NCBI GenBank assembly: GCA_963754925.1
Contig: CAVWHX010000004.1
Coordinates: 832,001-896,000 of the forward strand
DNA from: an uncultured delta proteobacterium
Lineage (GTDB): Bacteria > Myxococcota > B64-G9
DNA: 64,000 nucleotides
Direction of reading: 5' to 3'
Shown: in pieces, positions 32,630 to 41,441 of the stretch
Position numbering within the stretch: the stretch's first letter is position 1
How the letters are laid out: each line of letters starts with the position of its first letter
Notes under the pieces: generated by a model
The model's database searches: none
Seen by the model: only the letters and a program-made list of their open reading frames with translations
Told to the model about the DNA's origin: nothing
Translations under genes and position numbers: made by a program

Positions 32630-33391
32630 TTACCCGCCTTGCAGCTTGAGAAATACCGGGTGATCGCCAGCCGCCCGATCTATCATCCGCTGATCGAACT
32701 CGCAGCGGCCGCAAGCATAATCGTTTTCACATACCGTGCCCGGTGCAAGCCCCATCAAGGCATAACGGCAGGGCCGCTCGGCACACCAAGCCTGCCGCAG
32801 CCTAGAAACCGCAATCTCCTCCATAGAAATCGCACCGGTGGGGCACAGATAGGCACAGGCTCCGCAGCCGATACAACTCTCGGGAAACTCTCCAAACGGC
32901 GCGCGCTCCAATGCCCGTTGCTCCCCTCGGTGTGCCATGGCGATAGCCTCGGCTTTGACAACCTCGCGACACACCCGCGTGCAGAGGCCGCATGCGATAC
33001 ATTTTTCGCCCCGGCGACGCGGTGTAAAGCGGGTCGTTTGCACCTTGAAACGCGCAGCCAATGCACGTAGGTATTCAACCTCGTCGGTCATGGCAAGCAA
33101 CAACTCAAGTACGACTCGCCGGTTGCGCTGTACCCGCGGGCTATCGAGGTAAATCACCACGTTTTTCTCAACCGGGTAGTTGCACGAGGTGGCGAGAATA
33201 GGCTTGTCCCCCTGCATCACTTCGACCAAGCACAAGCGGCAAGCGCCTAAAGCCGAAAGCTTCGGGTGGTAGCATAGCGAGGGGACTTCGTATTCAGCCC
33301 GCCGCAACGCAGCCAGCAGTCCTTCCCCGCGTCGGCCCTGACAGACCCGGCCATTAACCAGAAAGGTCACCCGTTCAGGAGCGTTTTTCAC
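32630..33391 (-). CDS. [2Fe-2S]/[4Fe-4S] protein (NuoG/HydA N-terminus-like) with extra C-terminal Cys motif
   Basis: PSLCYH..GACRLCLVE..TSC; CIACGLCTRVC; CIGCGACAYLCP; PCRY..CENDYACGRCEFDQ. Confidence 0.85.
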   Translation of the reverse strand: MKNAPERVTFLVNGRVCQGRRGEGLLAALRRAEYEVPSLCYHPKLSALGACRLCLVEVMQGDKPILATSCNYPVEKNVVIYLDSPRVQRNRRVVLELLLAMTDEVEYLRALAARFKVQTTRFTPRRRGEKCIACGLCTRVCREVVKAEAIAMAHRGEQRALERAPFGEFPESCIGCGACAYLCPTGAISMEEIAVSRLRQAWCAERPCRYALMGLAPGTVCENDYACGRCEFDQRMIDRAAGDHPVFLKLQGG

Positions 33392-34793
33392 GTTCAAGAA
33401 ATCTCCCAACCGCCAGCGCCACCTGTCTACCCATGGCTATGGCTGATATCACATTCCGCGGACCGGTCGCCACGTCTCCCGCAGCAAACACCCCCGGTCG
33501 ACCGGTCATGAAGGTGGTTCCGTCAACAACCAGGTTTCCCAGGGGGCCGACATCGATTCCATCGATCTCCACCAACCAACCCACGCTCGTCCCGCGATCC
33601 TCCGCGGCCACAAACACCGCAGCCTCCAATTCAACGATCTCCTGGGCGGCATCGGGCACGCTGCGCGGCCAGCGCCGAGCGCACTTGTCGGGAGGGCCGT
33701 AGCTTACCCGGGCGCAGCGAACACGCTGAATCCGTTTCGTTCCGATGAGATCGGTCGGACGAAACTCCTGGATCAACCGAACGCCCTCCTGCTCGGCGAG
33801 CGCGAGTTTGTCTCCATCGGCAGGAGTATCGGCGCGGCCGCGTCGAGACACCAGCGTAACCGAGGAAGCGCCGGCTCGAACGGCCATGCGGGCGCAGGCG
33901 ACCGCCATGTTCGCGCCACCGGCCACAACCACCGGTCCTTCCAGCCGCGGTCCCTTCCCCTCGCTATAGGTCCGGGCGAATGAAACAGCGTCCCAGGCAC
34001 CAGGCAGAAGCTCACCCGGAATGCCAAGTCTGCGTCCTTGACTCGCACCGGTGGCCAGCACCACCGCTTTCGCGCCGCTCTCGAACAGTCCTTCAAGATC
34101 GGCTTCCGAGCGAATGGCCGCACCCAGCTTCAATTCCACCCCACACGCCAGAAGAGCGGCGATTTCCTGATCAAGCGCCTCGCGCTCGAGCTCAAAACTC
34201 GGCACCCCAACCCGCAGCAGCCCTCCCGGCCGGGCTTCGGCTTCCATCAGGACGACCTCCCATCCATCCCGCGCCAGGAAATAGGCGGCGCTCAGACCCG
34301 CAGGTCCGGCGCCGACAACAACGACCCGCCCCGATTTCTGCTGCGGTCGACGGTGATTCACTGCGGTTTTTGGAGACCATTCCGCCGCCGCGCGCTTCAG
34401 CGCTCGAATCTCTACCGACCGATCGAGAGCAACGCGGACGCAGGTGCGCATGCAGGCCCTCACACACAGCCGACCACAGATTGAAGGTAACGGGTTTGTT
34501 TGAAGAATTATCTCAAGCGCTTCCGCGCTATCGCCACGCGCCAGCGCTCGAATATACGCCGGAATATCCTGACCGAGGGGACAGGCCGCTTGACAGGGCG
34601 GAACCTTTGAAAGTTCGGACAGCATGGGGAAGACACCCGCACGCAGCGAAGCCGCACGCGCCACTCGGCCGCGCAGCGAATCCCACTCCAGGGCTTGCTC
34701 GGAAAATAATCTGGTCGGGCAGCGCCCCGTGCAAACGCCGCAGGACAAACATGCTGCGCTCTTCCAGACGGGTCGGTGAGTTCTGAGAGTCAT
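33375..34793 (-). CDS. GltD/SudA-like FAD- and Fe-S-dependent NAD(P) oxidoreductase
   Basis: CLSCGVCTGRCP, PCQAACP, NPLPSICGRLC..C...C, VGAGPAG, FAAGDV. Confidence 0.88.
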   Translation of the reverse strand: MTLRTHRPVWKSAACLSCGVCTGRCPTRLFSEQALEWDSLRGRVARAASLRAGVFPMLSELSKVPPCQAACPLGQDIPAYIRALARGDSAEALEIILQTNPLPSICGRLCVRACMRTCVRVALDRSVEIRALKRAAAEWSPKTAVNHRRPQQKSGRVVVVGAGPAGLSAAYFLARDGWEVVLMEAEARPGGLLRVGVPSFELEREALDQEIAALLACGVELKLGAAIRSEADLEGLFESGAKAVVLATGASQGRRLGIPGELLPGAWDAVSFARTYSEGKGPRLEGPVVVAGGANMAVACARMAVRAGASSVTLVSRRGRADTPADGDKLALAEQEGVRLIQEFRPTDLIGTKRIQRVRCARVSYGPPDKCARRWPRSVPDAAQEIVELEAAVFVAAEDRGTSVGWLVEIDGIDVGPLGNLVVDGTTFMTGRPGVFAAGDVATGPRNVISAIAMGRQVALAVGRFLEREKRS

Positions 34794-34814
34794 AGTGCCG
34801 TCAACCAACGATCC

Positions 34815-35381
34815 CTATTCAATTGCTGGGTGCGCTTCTCGAATCCGCTTGCCCATCTCAAAACCGATGCCGAGCGCTTTGAGATTGAGCGCGCGATACC
34901 GTTCGACGATTGAGTTATTCATAGCCGCTTCCACCTCGTCGAGGCCCGCCAATTTCGAAACACCGATCAGGGCCCCCAGCATTATGAAATTGGCCGCTAC
35001 CTGATTGCCGACCTTTTCGATGGCGGCCGCCGTGCTCGGCACGGCGTATTGACGCATGGCCGGCTGATCGCGACCATGCACGAAAAAACTATCAAACAGA
35101 ATCGTCCCGCCGTTGTTCACCGTCGGCGCGTACCGGTCATACCCTTCCTGTGCGAGTGCCAGAAGCCACCCCGGCTTGATGACATGGGGGAAATCGATCG
35201 GCTCGGTCGAGAGAATCACATCGGCGCAGGTGGCTCCGCCGCGGGCGGCCGAGCCATAGGCTTGCGACGCGGCCACCCGCAACCCGCGACGCGCCCCGGC
35301 CTCTGCCAGGACCGACCCGAGGGTCACGAGTCCTTGTCCGCCAAGTCCGCCAAAACGAACCTCAACGGGCGAGCTGATCAT
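34815..35381 (-). CDS. korC: 2-oxoacid:ferredoxin oxidoreductase gamma subunit
   Basis: GLGGQG, YGSAARGG, NFIMLGA. Confidence 0.9.
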   Translation of the reverse strand: MISSPVEVRFGGLGGQGLVTLGSVLAEAGARRGLRVAASQAYGSAARGGATCADVILSTEPIDFPHVIKPGWLLALAQEGYDRYAPTVNNGGTILFDSFFVHGRDQPAMRQYAVPSTAAAIEKVGNQVAANFIMLGALIGVSKLAGLDEVEAAMNNSIVERYRALNLKALGIGFEMGKRIREAHPAIE

Positions 35382-36129
35382 CAAAAAACTCCCCAATCAC
35401 AAAGTGGGTTTCCCGTTCGTTGCCCATAAACCCAACAGCATCTTCTTTGGCGACGCAGTGAGTAGTTAAATGCTGGTAGAGGTCGCGCAGATCATCGAGG
35501 TGATTACGCCGCCCAAACTGTGTCGGACAGGGGGTCAGCACCTCAATAAAGGCAAAACCAGGGGTGGCGATTCCGCGTTTGATCGAGTCAATCAGAGGCC
35601 GCGGGCGCACAACCGGCCAGCGCGCGGCGTAGGCCGCTCCAGCAGCCTGCACCACGGCGCACAGATCAAACGGGCGATAGGGGTTGCCGTCCGGAGTTGT
35701 CGCGGTCAATGCCCCTACCGGGGTGGTCGAGGCGCTCTGACCGCCGGTCATGCCGTAGATCTGGTTGTTGGCGCAGATTACCGTTAGATCGATATTGCGC
35801 CGGGCAGCATGGATCAAGTGATTGCCGCCAATCGAGCTGAGATCCCCATCCCCCGAGACGACGATGGTGGTCAGTTTTGGATTGGCGAGCTTGGCGCCGG
35901 TGGCGCAGGCCACCGCTCGGCCGTGCAAGGTGTGCAGCGTATCGGCCTTGATGTGCGGACTGGGAATCCAACCCGCGCAGCCAATGCCGGAAACAAACAA
36001 CAAGCTTTTCCGATCGAGCCCAAGCTCATCGCACGCGCGAACGATTGCTCCGAGCAGAATGCCGTGACCGCAACCCGGACAAAAGGTCGAGTGCTCGACG
36101 CGCAGCCAGTCATGCATCGCCCGGGTCAT
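35362..36129 (-). CDS. korB: 2-oxoacid:ferredoxin oxidoreductase beta subunit
   Basis: FCPGCGHG, SGIGC, HGR, GDGD...NN TPP motif, YGMTGGQ. Confidence 0.93.
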   Translation of the reverse strand: MTRAMHDWLRVEHSTFCPGCGHGILLGAIVRACDELGLDRKSLLFVSGIGCAGWIPSPHIKADTLHTLHGRAVACATGAKLANPKLTTIVVSGDGDLSSIGGNHLIHAARRNIDLTVICANNQIYGMTGGQSASTTPVGALTATTPDGNPYRPFDLCAVVQAAGAAYAARWPVVRPRPLIDSIKRGIATPGFAFIEVLTPCPTQFGRRNHLDDLRDLYQHLTTHCVAKEDAVGFMGNERETHFVIGEFFDDQLAR

Positions 36130-36174
36130 GGTCGATTGTCTCCGTTAGCATTTGTTTTTACACTACAGTACTGA

Positions 36175-36282
36175 TTCGCGCTGGGTCCTGCCGCCTTGCA
36201 TCCCCCGGCGGTGCTCGTCATCGCAAACGACACGATGACTCCGCGCCGGCGGGGGGCCCCCTGCTCGGCGTCACCCAGCGAA
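36175..36282. repeat. GC-rich nested-stem repeat, family A, copy 1
   Basis: GCTGGGTCCTGCCGCCTTGCATCCCCCGGCGGTGC...GGGGGGCCCCCTGCTCGGCGTCACCCAGC, between korA and korB. Confidence 0.88.
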
Positions 36283-36298
36283 CTTGTAATCTCGAGTA

Positions 36299-37420
36299 TT
36301 ATAGTACCTCCCGCACTTTCTCGACGATCAGGCCCGGTTCGATGACCTCGCCGTTAGTCTGAGAAAGCTCGACGACCTCGCAGCGTGCGTTTTGTCGCAC
36401 CAACCCTCCCACCTGGCCGCGGTTCATTTCAGGCACCACGATGGAACGAACCGATTGACTCAGCTCATGAACTAAAGCCTCCGGAAACGGCCACAGGGTG
36501 ACTAAACGCAGCAACCCGACCTTTATGCCCTGGCGCCGCAGCTCCTTGACGGCAGCGATTGCACTGCGACCGGTAAAACCGTAGGCCACGATCGCCACCT
36601 CGGCATCGTCAAGGAAATGGCGCTCGACGGCAATAATGTCTGGCGCGTTATCGAGGATCTTGCGATTGATACGCTCCACCAACCGCGCATGATGCTCTGG
36701 TTCGTCGACCCGGCGAAAGCCCCACTCGTCGTGGGTTGAACCGGTCACCAGTACATTGGCCCCCTCGCCGAAGCACACCATGGGCGGGATTCCGTTTGGC
36801 TCCGCGGTGCCAAAAGGCGGCTTCTCCACCGTACGCACTCGCGGTGTAATCTCAAAATCTCTGTGTAATCGGACGTTTTCGTGCAGGTGGCCGATCCCTT
36901 CGTCCGCCAAAATAAAAACCGGCACCCGAAAACGCTCGGCCAGGTTGAAGGCGCGAATGGTCAAATCGTACATCTCCTGCACCGACCAGGGCGTCAGGGC
37001 GATTGGGCAGTAGTCGCCGTGTGAGCCGTAGCGCGCCTGAAGAATGTCGCCGGCTCCAACCTTGGTTGCTTGGCCAGTTGATGGGCCTGCGCGCTGAATG
37101 TCGATTATCACGCACGGCGTCTCGGTAAAGGCTGCGTAGCCGATTCCTTCCATCATTAGACTGAAGCCCGGCCCCGAGGTGGCGGTCATGGCCTTGGCGC
37201 CGGCCCACGAGGCCCCAATCACGGCCGAGAGCGAGGCAATTTCGTCCTCCATTTGGATGAAGGTCCCGCCCGAACGAGGAAGACGCTCGGCCAAAAGCTC
37301 CATTATCTCAGTCGAAGGGGTAATCGGATAACCGGCAAAAAAGCTACAACCCGCCACCAGCGCGCCCTCGGCCGCGGCGTGGTTGCCCATCAAGACTTGT
37401 GGCCCTTGCCCGCCCGACAT
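36299..37420 (-). CDS. korA: 2-oxoacid:ferredoxin oxidoreductase alpha subunit
   Basis: GYPITPSTE, QMEDE, TATSGPG, QRAGPSTG, EMNRGQ. Confidence 0.95.
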   Translation of the reverse strand: MSGGQGPQVLMGNHAAAEGALVAGCSFFAGYPITPSTEIMELLAERLPRSGGTFIQMEDEIASLSAVIGASWAGAKAMTATSGPGFSLMMEGIGYAAFTETPCVIIDIQRAGPSTGQATKVGAGDILQARYGSHGDYCPIALTPWSVQEMYDLTIRAFNLAERFRVPVFILADEGIGHLHENVRLHRDFEITPRVRTVEKPPFGTAEPNGIPPMVCFGEGANVLVTGSTHDEWGFRRVDEPEHHARLVERINRKILDNAPDIIAVERHFLDDAEVAIVAYGFTGRSAIAAVKELRRQGIKVGLLRLVTLWPFPEALVHELSQSVRSIVVPEMNRGQVGGLVRQNARCEVVELSQTNGEVIEPGLIVEKVREVL

Positions 37421-37562
37421 ACCAATCCTTTACCATAAAGAGGTAGTCTAGACCATTGTCATGTTTTACACGACGAATATGTCTGAGCGGGCGTACATTC
37501 TTCGCTAGATTGCGGGGCTGGTCAACATTTGAAATGGGCCTGAACGGTTACCAACTACGCTA

Positions 37563-38417
37563 TCAGTGCTTAAGTGCTGTAGCGATGGCGTCAGCCAATG
37601 GCGTTGTGGGCCGACCGATTAAACGACGTAAATCTCCGCTCGTATCGTCCAGCTCGCCGCGAGCGATTCCCTGGTCGGAATCGACTAAGAGGTCCGCAAA
37701 CGGCGCGGGTACGCCCGCACCGAGGAGCGCTTTCTTATACTGTTCGGGCGGCAGATTGGCGTACGTAACCGCCTTGCCGGATTGACGAGCCACCTCGGCT
37801 GCCACGTCGGCCATGGTAAAGGACGCGTCACCACTGAGCTCGTAGATCTTATTCTCGTGCCCCGCGGCCGAAAGGACCGTTACCGCGGCAGCAGCGAAAT
37901 CGGCCCTCGTCGCGGCCGCAATACGTCCCTCGCCCGCTGCGCCAAATATCTTGCCCTGCGCCAATGCGGAGCCGAGGTTTTCGGTGTAGTTTTCGATATA
38001 CCAACCGTTGCGCAAAAACACAAAGTTCAGTTTGGCGTCGCGAATCGCATGTTCAGTGGCCTTGTGCTCAGCGGCTAACCCCAAACCCGACGTCTCCGCG
38101 CGCAATACGCTGGTATATGCTAAAAGAGCCACGCCCGCTTTCTTTGCCGCCCTTACTACGTTCTGATGTTGCGCCGCCCGTTGCCCCACCTCGTTAGAAG
38201 AAATAAGCAGTATGCGTTTGGCGCCGGCGAAAGCCGCATCGAGGCTCTCGGGTCTACCATAATCGGCCTGATGGACCTGCACTCCCCGTGCTTTCAGGTA
38301 GGCGGCCTTGTCAGGACTGCGCACCGCGACCGCAATTTGCCCCGCAGGCAGTTTCTGTAACAGTCCCCCGACGACGAGACGACCCAGTTTTCCCGTGGCC
38401 CCGGTTACGACAATCAT
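37563..38417 (-). CDS. qorB: NAD(P)H:quinone oxidoreductase, NmrA-like SDR (QorB/YtfG)
   Basis: VTGATGKLG, LLISSNEVGQR, LRNGWYIEN, LIGRPTT. Confidence 0.88.
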   Translation of the reverse strand: MIVVTGATGKLGRLVVGGLLQKLPAGQIAVAVRSPDKAAYLKARGVQVHQADYGRPESLDAAFAGAKRILLISSNEVGQRAAQHQNVVRAAKKAGVALLAYTSVLRAETSGLGLAAEHKATEHAIRDAKLNFVFLRNGWYIENYTENLGSALAQGKIFGAAGEGRIAAATRADFAAAAVTVLSAAGHENKIYELSGDASFTMADVAAEVARQSGKAVTYANLPPEQYKKALLGAGVPAPFADLLVDSDQGIARGELDDTSGDLRRLIGRPTTPLADAIATALKH

Positions 38418-38434
38418 GATTGAATCCTTCCTGC

Positions 38435-38452
38435 GACCGTTAGTTAACGGTC
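38435..38452. promoter_or_regulatory. Perfect 8-bp inverted repeat upstream of qorB (operator or hairpin)
   Basis: GACCGTTA-gt-TAACGGTC just upstream of the RBS. Confidence 0.35.
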
Positions 38453-38488
38453 ACGTTACTAATGACATAAGGTATAGGTTTTCCGTGC

Positions 38489-40315
38489 CTATTCAACCGT
38501 AACGCTCTTAGCGAGATTGCGGGGCTGATCGACATCGGTGCCGTTGAAATCGGCGATATGATAGGCCAAAAGTTGCAACGGAAGAACATTGATCATCGGC
38601 TCGATGGTTGGAAACATGTTCGGCATGGGTATCTGCACCCGGCACAACTTGTCGAGATTTTGGTCGCCTCGGGTGCACAGGGCGATCACTTGCCCTCCGC
38701 GGGCTTGGACCTCGGCTAAGTTAGAAAGGATCTTCTCGTAGCTATCGTTTTTAGTTGCGATCGCCACCACCGGCATGTGCTCGTCAATGAGCGCAATCGG
38801 CCCATGCTTCATTTCGCCGGCCGCATAGCCCTCGGCGTGAATATAGCTTATTTCCTTGAGCTTGAGCGCTCCCTCCAATGCGATTGGGTAATTGATCCCG
38901 CGCGCAATATAGAGAAAGTCGCGCGCGCGGGCGTAGTTTTTCGCCACTTCAACGATGTTTTTTTCCGTATTCAAAACTTGTTGGAGCAGATCCGGAACCA
39001 TCGACAAGGCGTTGAGGTGGCACTGCGCCTCTGACGCCGAAAGTTCGCCGCGCGCCCGTCCGAGACGCACCGCCAGCAAAAAGAGCGCGGCGATCTGAGT
39101 TACAAAAGCCTTGGTGGACGCCACCCCAATTTCCGGGCCGGCGTGGGTGTAGAGCACCTGATCCGACGCGCGTGGTATGCTTGATTCCAACACATTGCAG
39201 ATCGACAGCACGGTGGCTTTAAGCCGACGGGCTTCGCCGATCGCCGCCAAGGTGTCGGCCGTCTCGCCGGATTGCGAGATGGCGATCACCAAATCATCCT
39301 TGGAGACAATCGGATTGCGATAGCGGAATTCCGAAGCCAAATCAACTTCAACCGGGATTCGTGCCAAGCCCTCCATTAAAAACTTGCCCACTAATCCGGA
39401 ATGGTAGCTCGTGCCGCAGGCCACAAGCATAATACGGCGGAATCGCTTCCAATCGGCAGCGGAAAACGTAATCGAGTCGAGTATCGCGTCTTGGTGATTG
39501 GAGGGGATACGACCGGTCAAGGTGTCGGCAAGCGCACGCGGTTGTTCGTGGATTTCCTTCAGCATGAAATGCTTATAGCCGCCCTTTTCAGCCATGAGCG
39601 GCGTCCAGTCAACCTGCCGCGGACTACGCTGCACCGCCGTGCCATCCATCGTTTGGATGTTAACGGCATCAGCGGTCACCTCGGCAATTTCGCCGACATC
39701 GAGGAATACGAATTTTCTCGTGTAGTTGAGGATGGCCGGAATGTCCGAGGCGACCAGGTTCTCGCCTTGGCCAAGTCCCAGCACCAGGGGCGATGCGCTG
39801 CGCGCAACGACGATTTTATCAGGCTCGCTGGTTGAGATAACCACCAAGGCATACGTACCCCGGACGAGCTTCAAGGCCCGGCGCACCGCTTCGAGCAGTG
39901 GGTAGCTGGTCAGTTCCTCGTCGATCAAATGGGCGAACACCTCGGTATCGGTTTGCGACGAGAAGGTCCGGCCTTTTTTCTCAAGCTGTCGGCGCAACTC
40001 CTGATGGTTTTCAAGAATGCCGTTGTGCACCACCACCGCTCTTCCCGAAGCATGGGGGTGGGCGTTTTGCTCGGAAGGCGGCCCGTGGGTGGCCCAGCGC
40101 GTGTGACCGATTCCCAAATGGCCTGAAAGCGGCTTTTTATCTATTAACTTCGCAAGTGCTGCGAGTTTCCCCGCGGCGCGATAGATGTGCATCTTGGTAC
40201 CGTCGTGCACCGCTATTCCGGCCGAGTCATACCCTCGATACTCCAGCTTGCTCAGCCCTTCCATCAGTATGGGAGCTGCTTGTTTCGGCCCAATATACCC
40301 AACAATTCCGCACAT
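38489..40315 (-). CDS. glmS: Glutamine-fructose-6-phosphate transaminase
   Basis: MCGIVG, LEYRGYDSAG, GHTRWATHG, SQSGETADT, PRNLAKSVTVE. Confidence 0.99.
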   Translation of the reverse strand: MCGIVGYIGPKQAAPILMEGLSKLEYRGYDSAGIAVHDGTKMHIYRAAGKLAALAKLIDKKPLSGHLGIGHTRWATHGPPSEQNAHPHASGRAVVVHNGILENHQELRRQLEKKGRTFSSQTDTEVFAHLIDEELTSYPLLEAVRRALKLVRGTYALVVISTSEPDKIVVARSASPLVLGLGQGENLVASDIPAILNYTRKFVFLDVGEIAEVTADAVNIQTMDGTAVQRSPRQVDWTPLMAEKGGYKHFMLKEIHEQPRALADTLTGRIPSNHQDAILDSITFSAADWKRFRRIMLVACGTSYHSGLVGKFLMEGLARIPVEVDLASEFRYRNPIVSKDDLVIAISQSGETADTLAAIGEARRLKATVLSICNVLESSIPRASDQVLYTHAGPEIGVASTKAFVTQIAALFLLAVRLGRARGELSASEAQCHLNALSMVPDLLQQVLNTEKNIVEVAKNYARARDFLYIARGINYPIALEGALKLKEISYIHAEGYAAGEMKHGPIALIDEHMPVVAIATKNDSYEKILSNLAEVQARGGQVIALCTRGDQNLDKLCRVQIPMPNMFPTIEPMINVLPLQLLAYHIADFNGTDVDQPRNLAKSVTVE

Positions 40316-40444
40316 TACTGCCTCCTGTTCATCCGTAATAACAAATCCGTAACACCGTTATCGCTCGGGATTTCTCGCATCGACAATCGGCGGTAAATCA
40401 ATGGATTTGAAAATAACGCAGTTCTTCATTGATAATAATACACA

Positions 40445-41245
40445 TTAATACCACGTTGTAAAGTGTTCCCACCCAGGCGGCGGCGTGGAAAAACGATCGT
40501 CGGAGAGCGGTTCGTAGGGGGGCGGCCCGGGTTGATAGGGTGGGGGACAGAAAGCGTCGACGCCAACGCTGCAGAGCCCTTTGCTGTCATCGTAGCGCAC
40601 CGTAAGCCGCGCCGCGGGGTTATTCCAGTTCTCGCGGACGAACGAAGTCTCAGTAACCGGCGATACGCGACGCTCGCCGAACTCAGTGCCGAGGTTATAG
40701 GTGGTCGAACCGAAATCTGAGCTCTTGTCCACGTTATCGACATATGGCTGCCCTGGACGTAACGGCGGATGCGTACCATATTCTGGAAAGAGGGCCACGC
40801 TTACCGCACCGACGGTCCAGGGTGTGCCCGTTTGAGCGGCATACGAGCGATTGGCGCTGGTGAACCGAAAGGCGGCAACCTCATGCATACTCAGGCGAAA
40901 TCCGTCAACGTCAATGAACGAATACGCCGGGATTACATACCCGCGTTTCATAAGCGAGGCCGTACGCCCATCGATAGCGTCCCGTCCATCGACTGAAATC
41001 AGCGCTTCCACGCGGCGCCCGGTGCGATTGTGTACGCGAATAGCATAGCGCTCGCCTACCCGACCCTCGACAAAACTCCGCCGATTTCGGTGGTAGACGG
41101 TACGTCTCCTTCCTTCAGAAATGATTTCCATTTCATAGCTGGCAGATGGTCTGTAAGCCTGACAACCTTCCAATTCATGCGACTGCGCTCCAAAGAAGAA
41201 ACCGGTCAAGAGTATGCTTACCATCGCAATCAACGTGTTCTTCAT
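40445..41245 (-). CDS. Secreted hypothetical protein
   Basis: Signal peptide; GERYAIRVHN..RVEALISVDG; Pro-rich tail. Confidence 0.7.
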   Translation of the reverse strand: MKNTLIAMVSILLTGFFFGAQSHELEGCQAYRPSASYEMEIISEGRRRTVYHRNRRSFVEGRVGERYAIRVHNRTGRRVEALISVDGRDAIDGRTASLMKRGYVIPAYSFIDVDGFRLSMHEVAAFRFTSANRSYAAQTGTPWTVGAVSVALFPEYGTHPPLRPGQPYVDNVDKSSDFGSTTYNLGTEFGERRVSPVTETSFVRENWNNPAARLTVRYDDSKGLCSVGVDAFCPPPYQPGPPPYEPLSDDRFSTPPPGWEHFTTWY

Positions 41246-41441
41246 GAGGATACCCTCCATCGACTATGGACGCACCCAGCATGGGAAGGATCTATAGTTG
41301 CCAACTCAATTTGGAGGTCCCTGCCCCTGACGAACACCCGTAAGCTTGTTGCAAACTGACCCACCGCACGGTAGTTTGACATTTCGCTATGAGGACACAT
41401 CCTAATAGCTTGTAGAAAGCTTTGTCCCACGGAGCAGACCC

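Noticed and set aside
40316..40444. glmS ribozyme
   Set aside because: The leader is short and I could not find the conserved AGCGCC / GACGAGG core.
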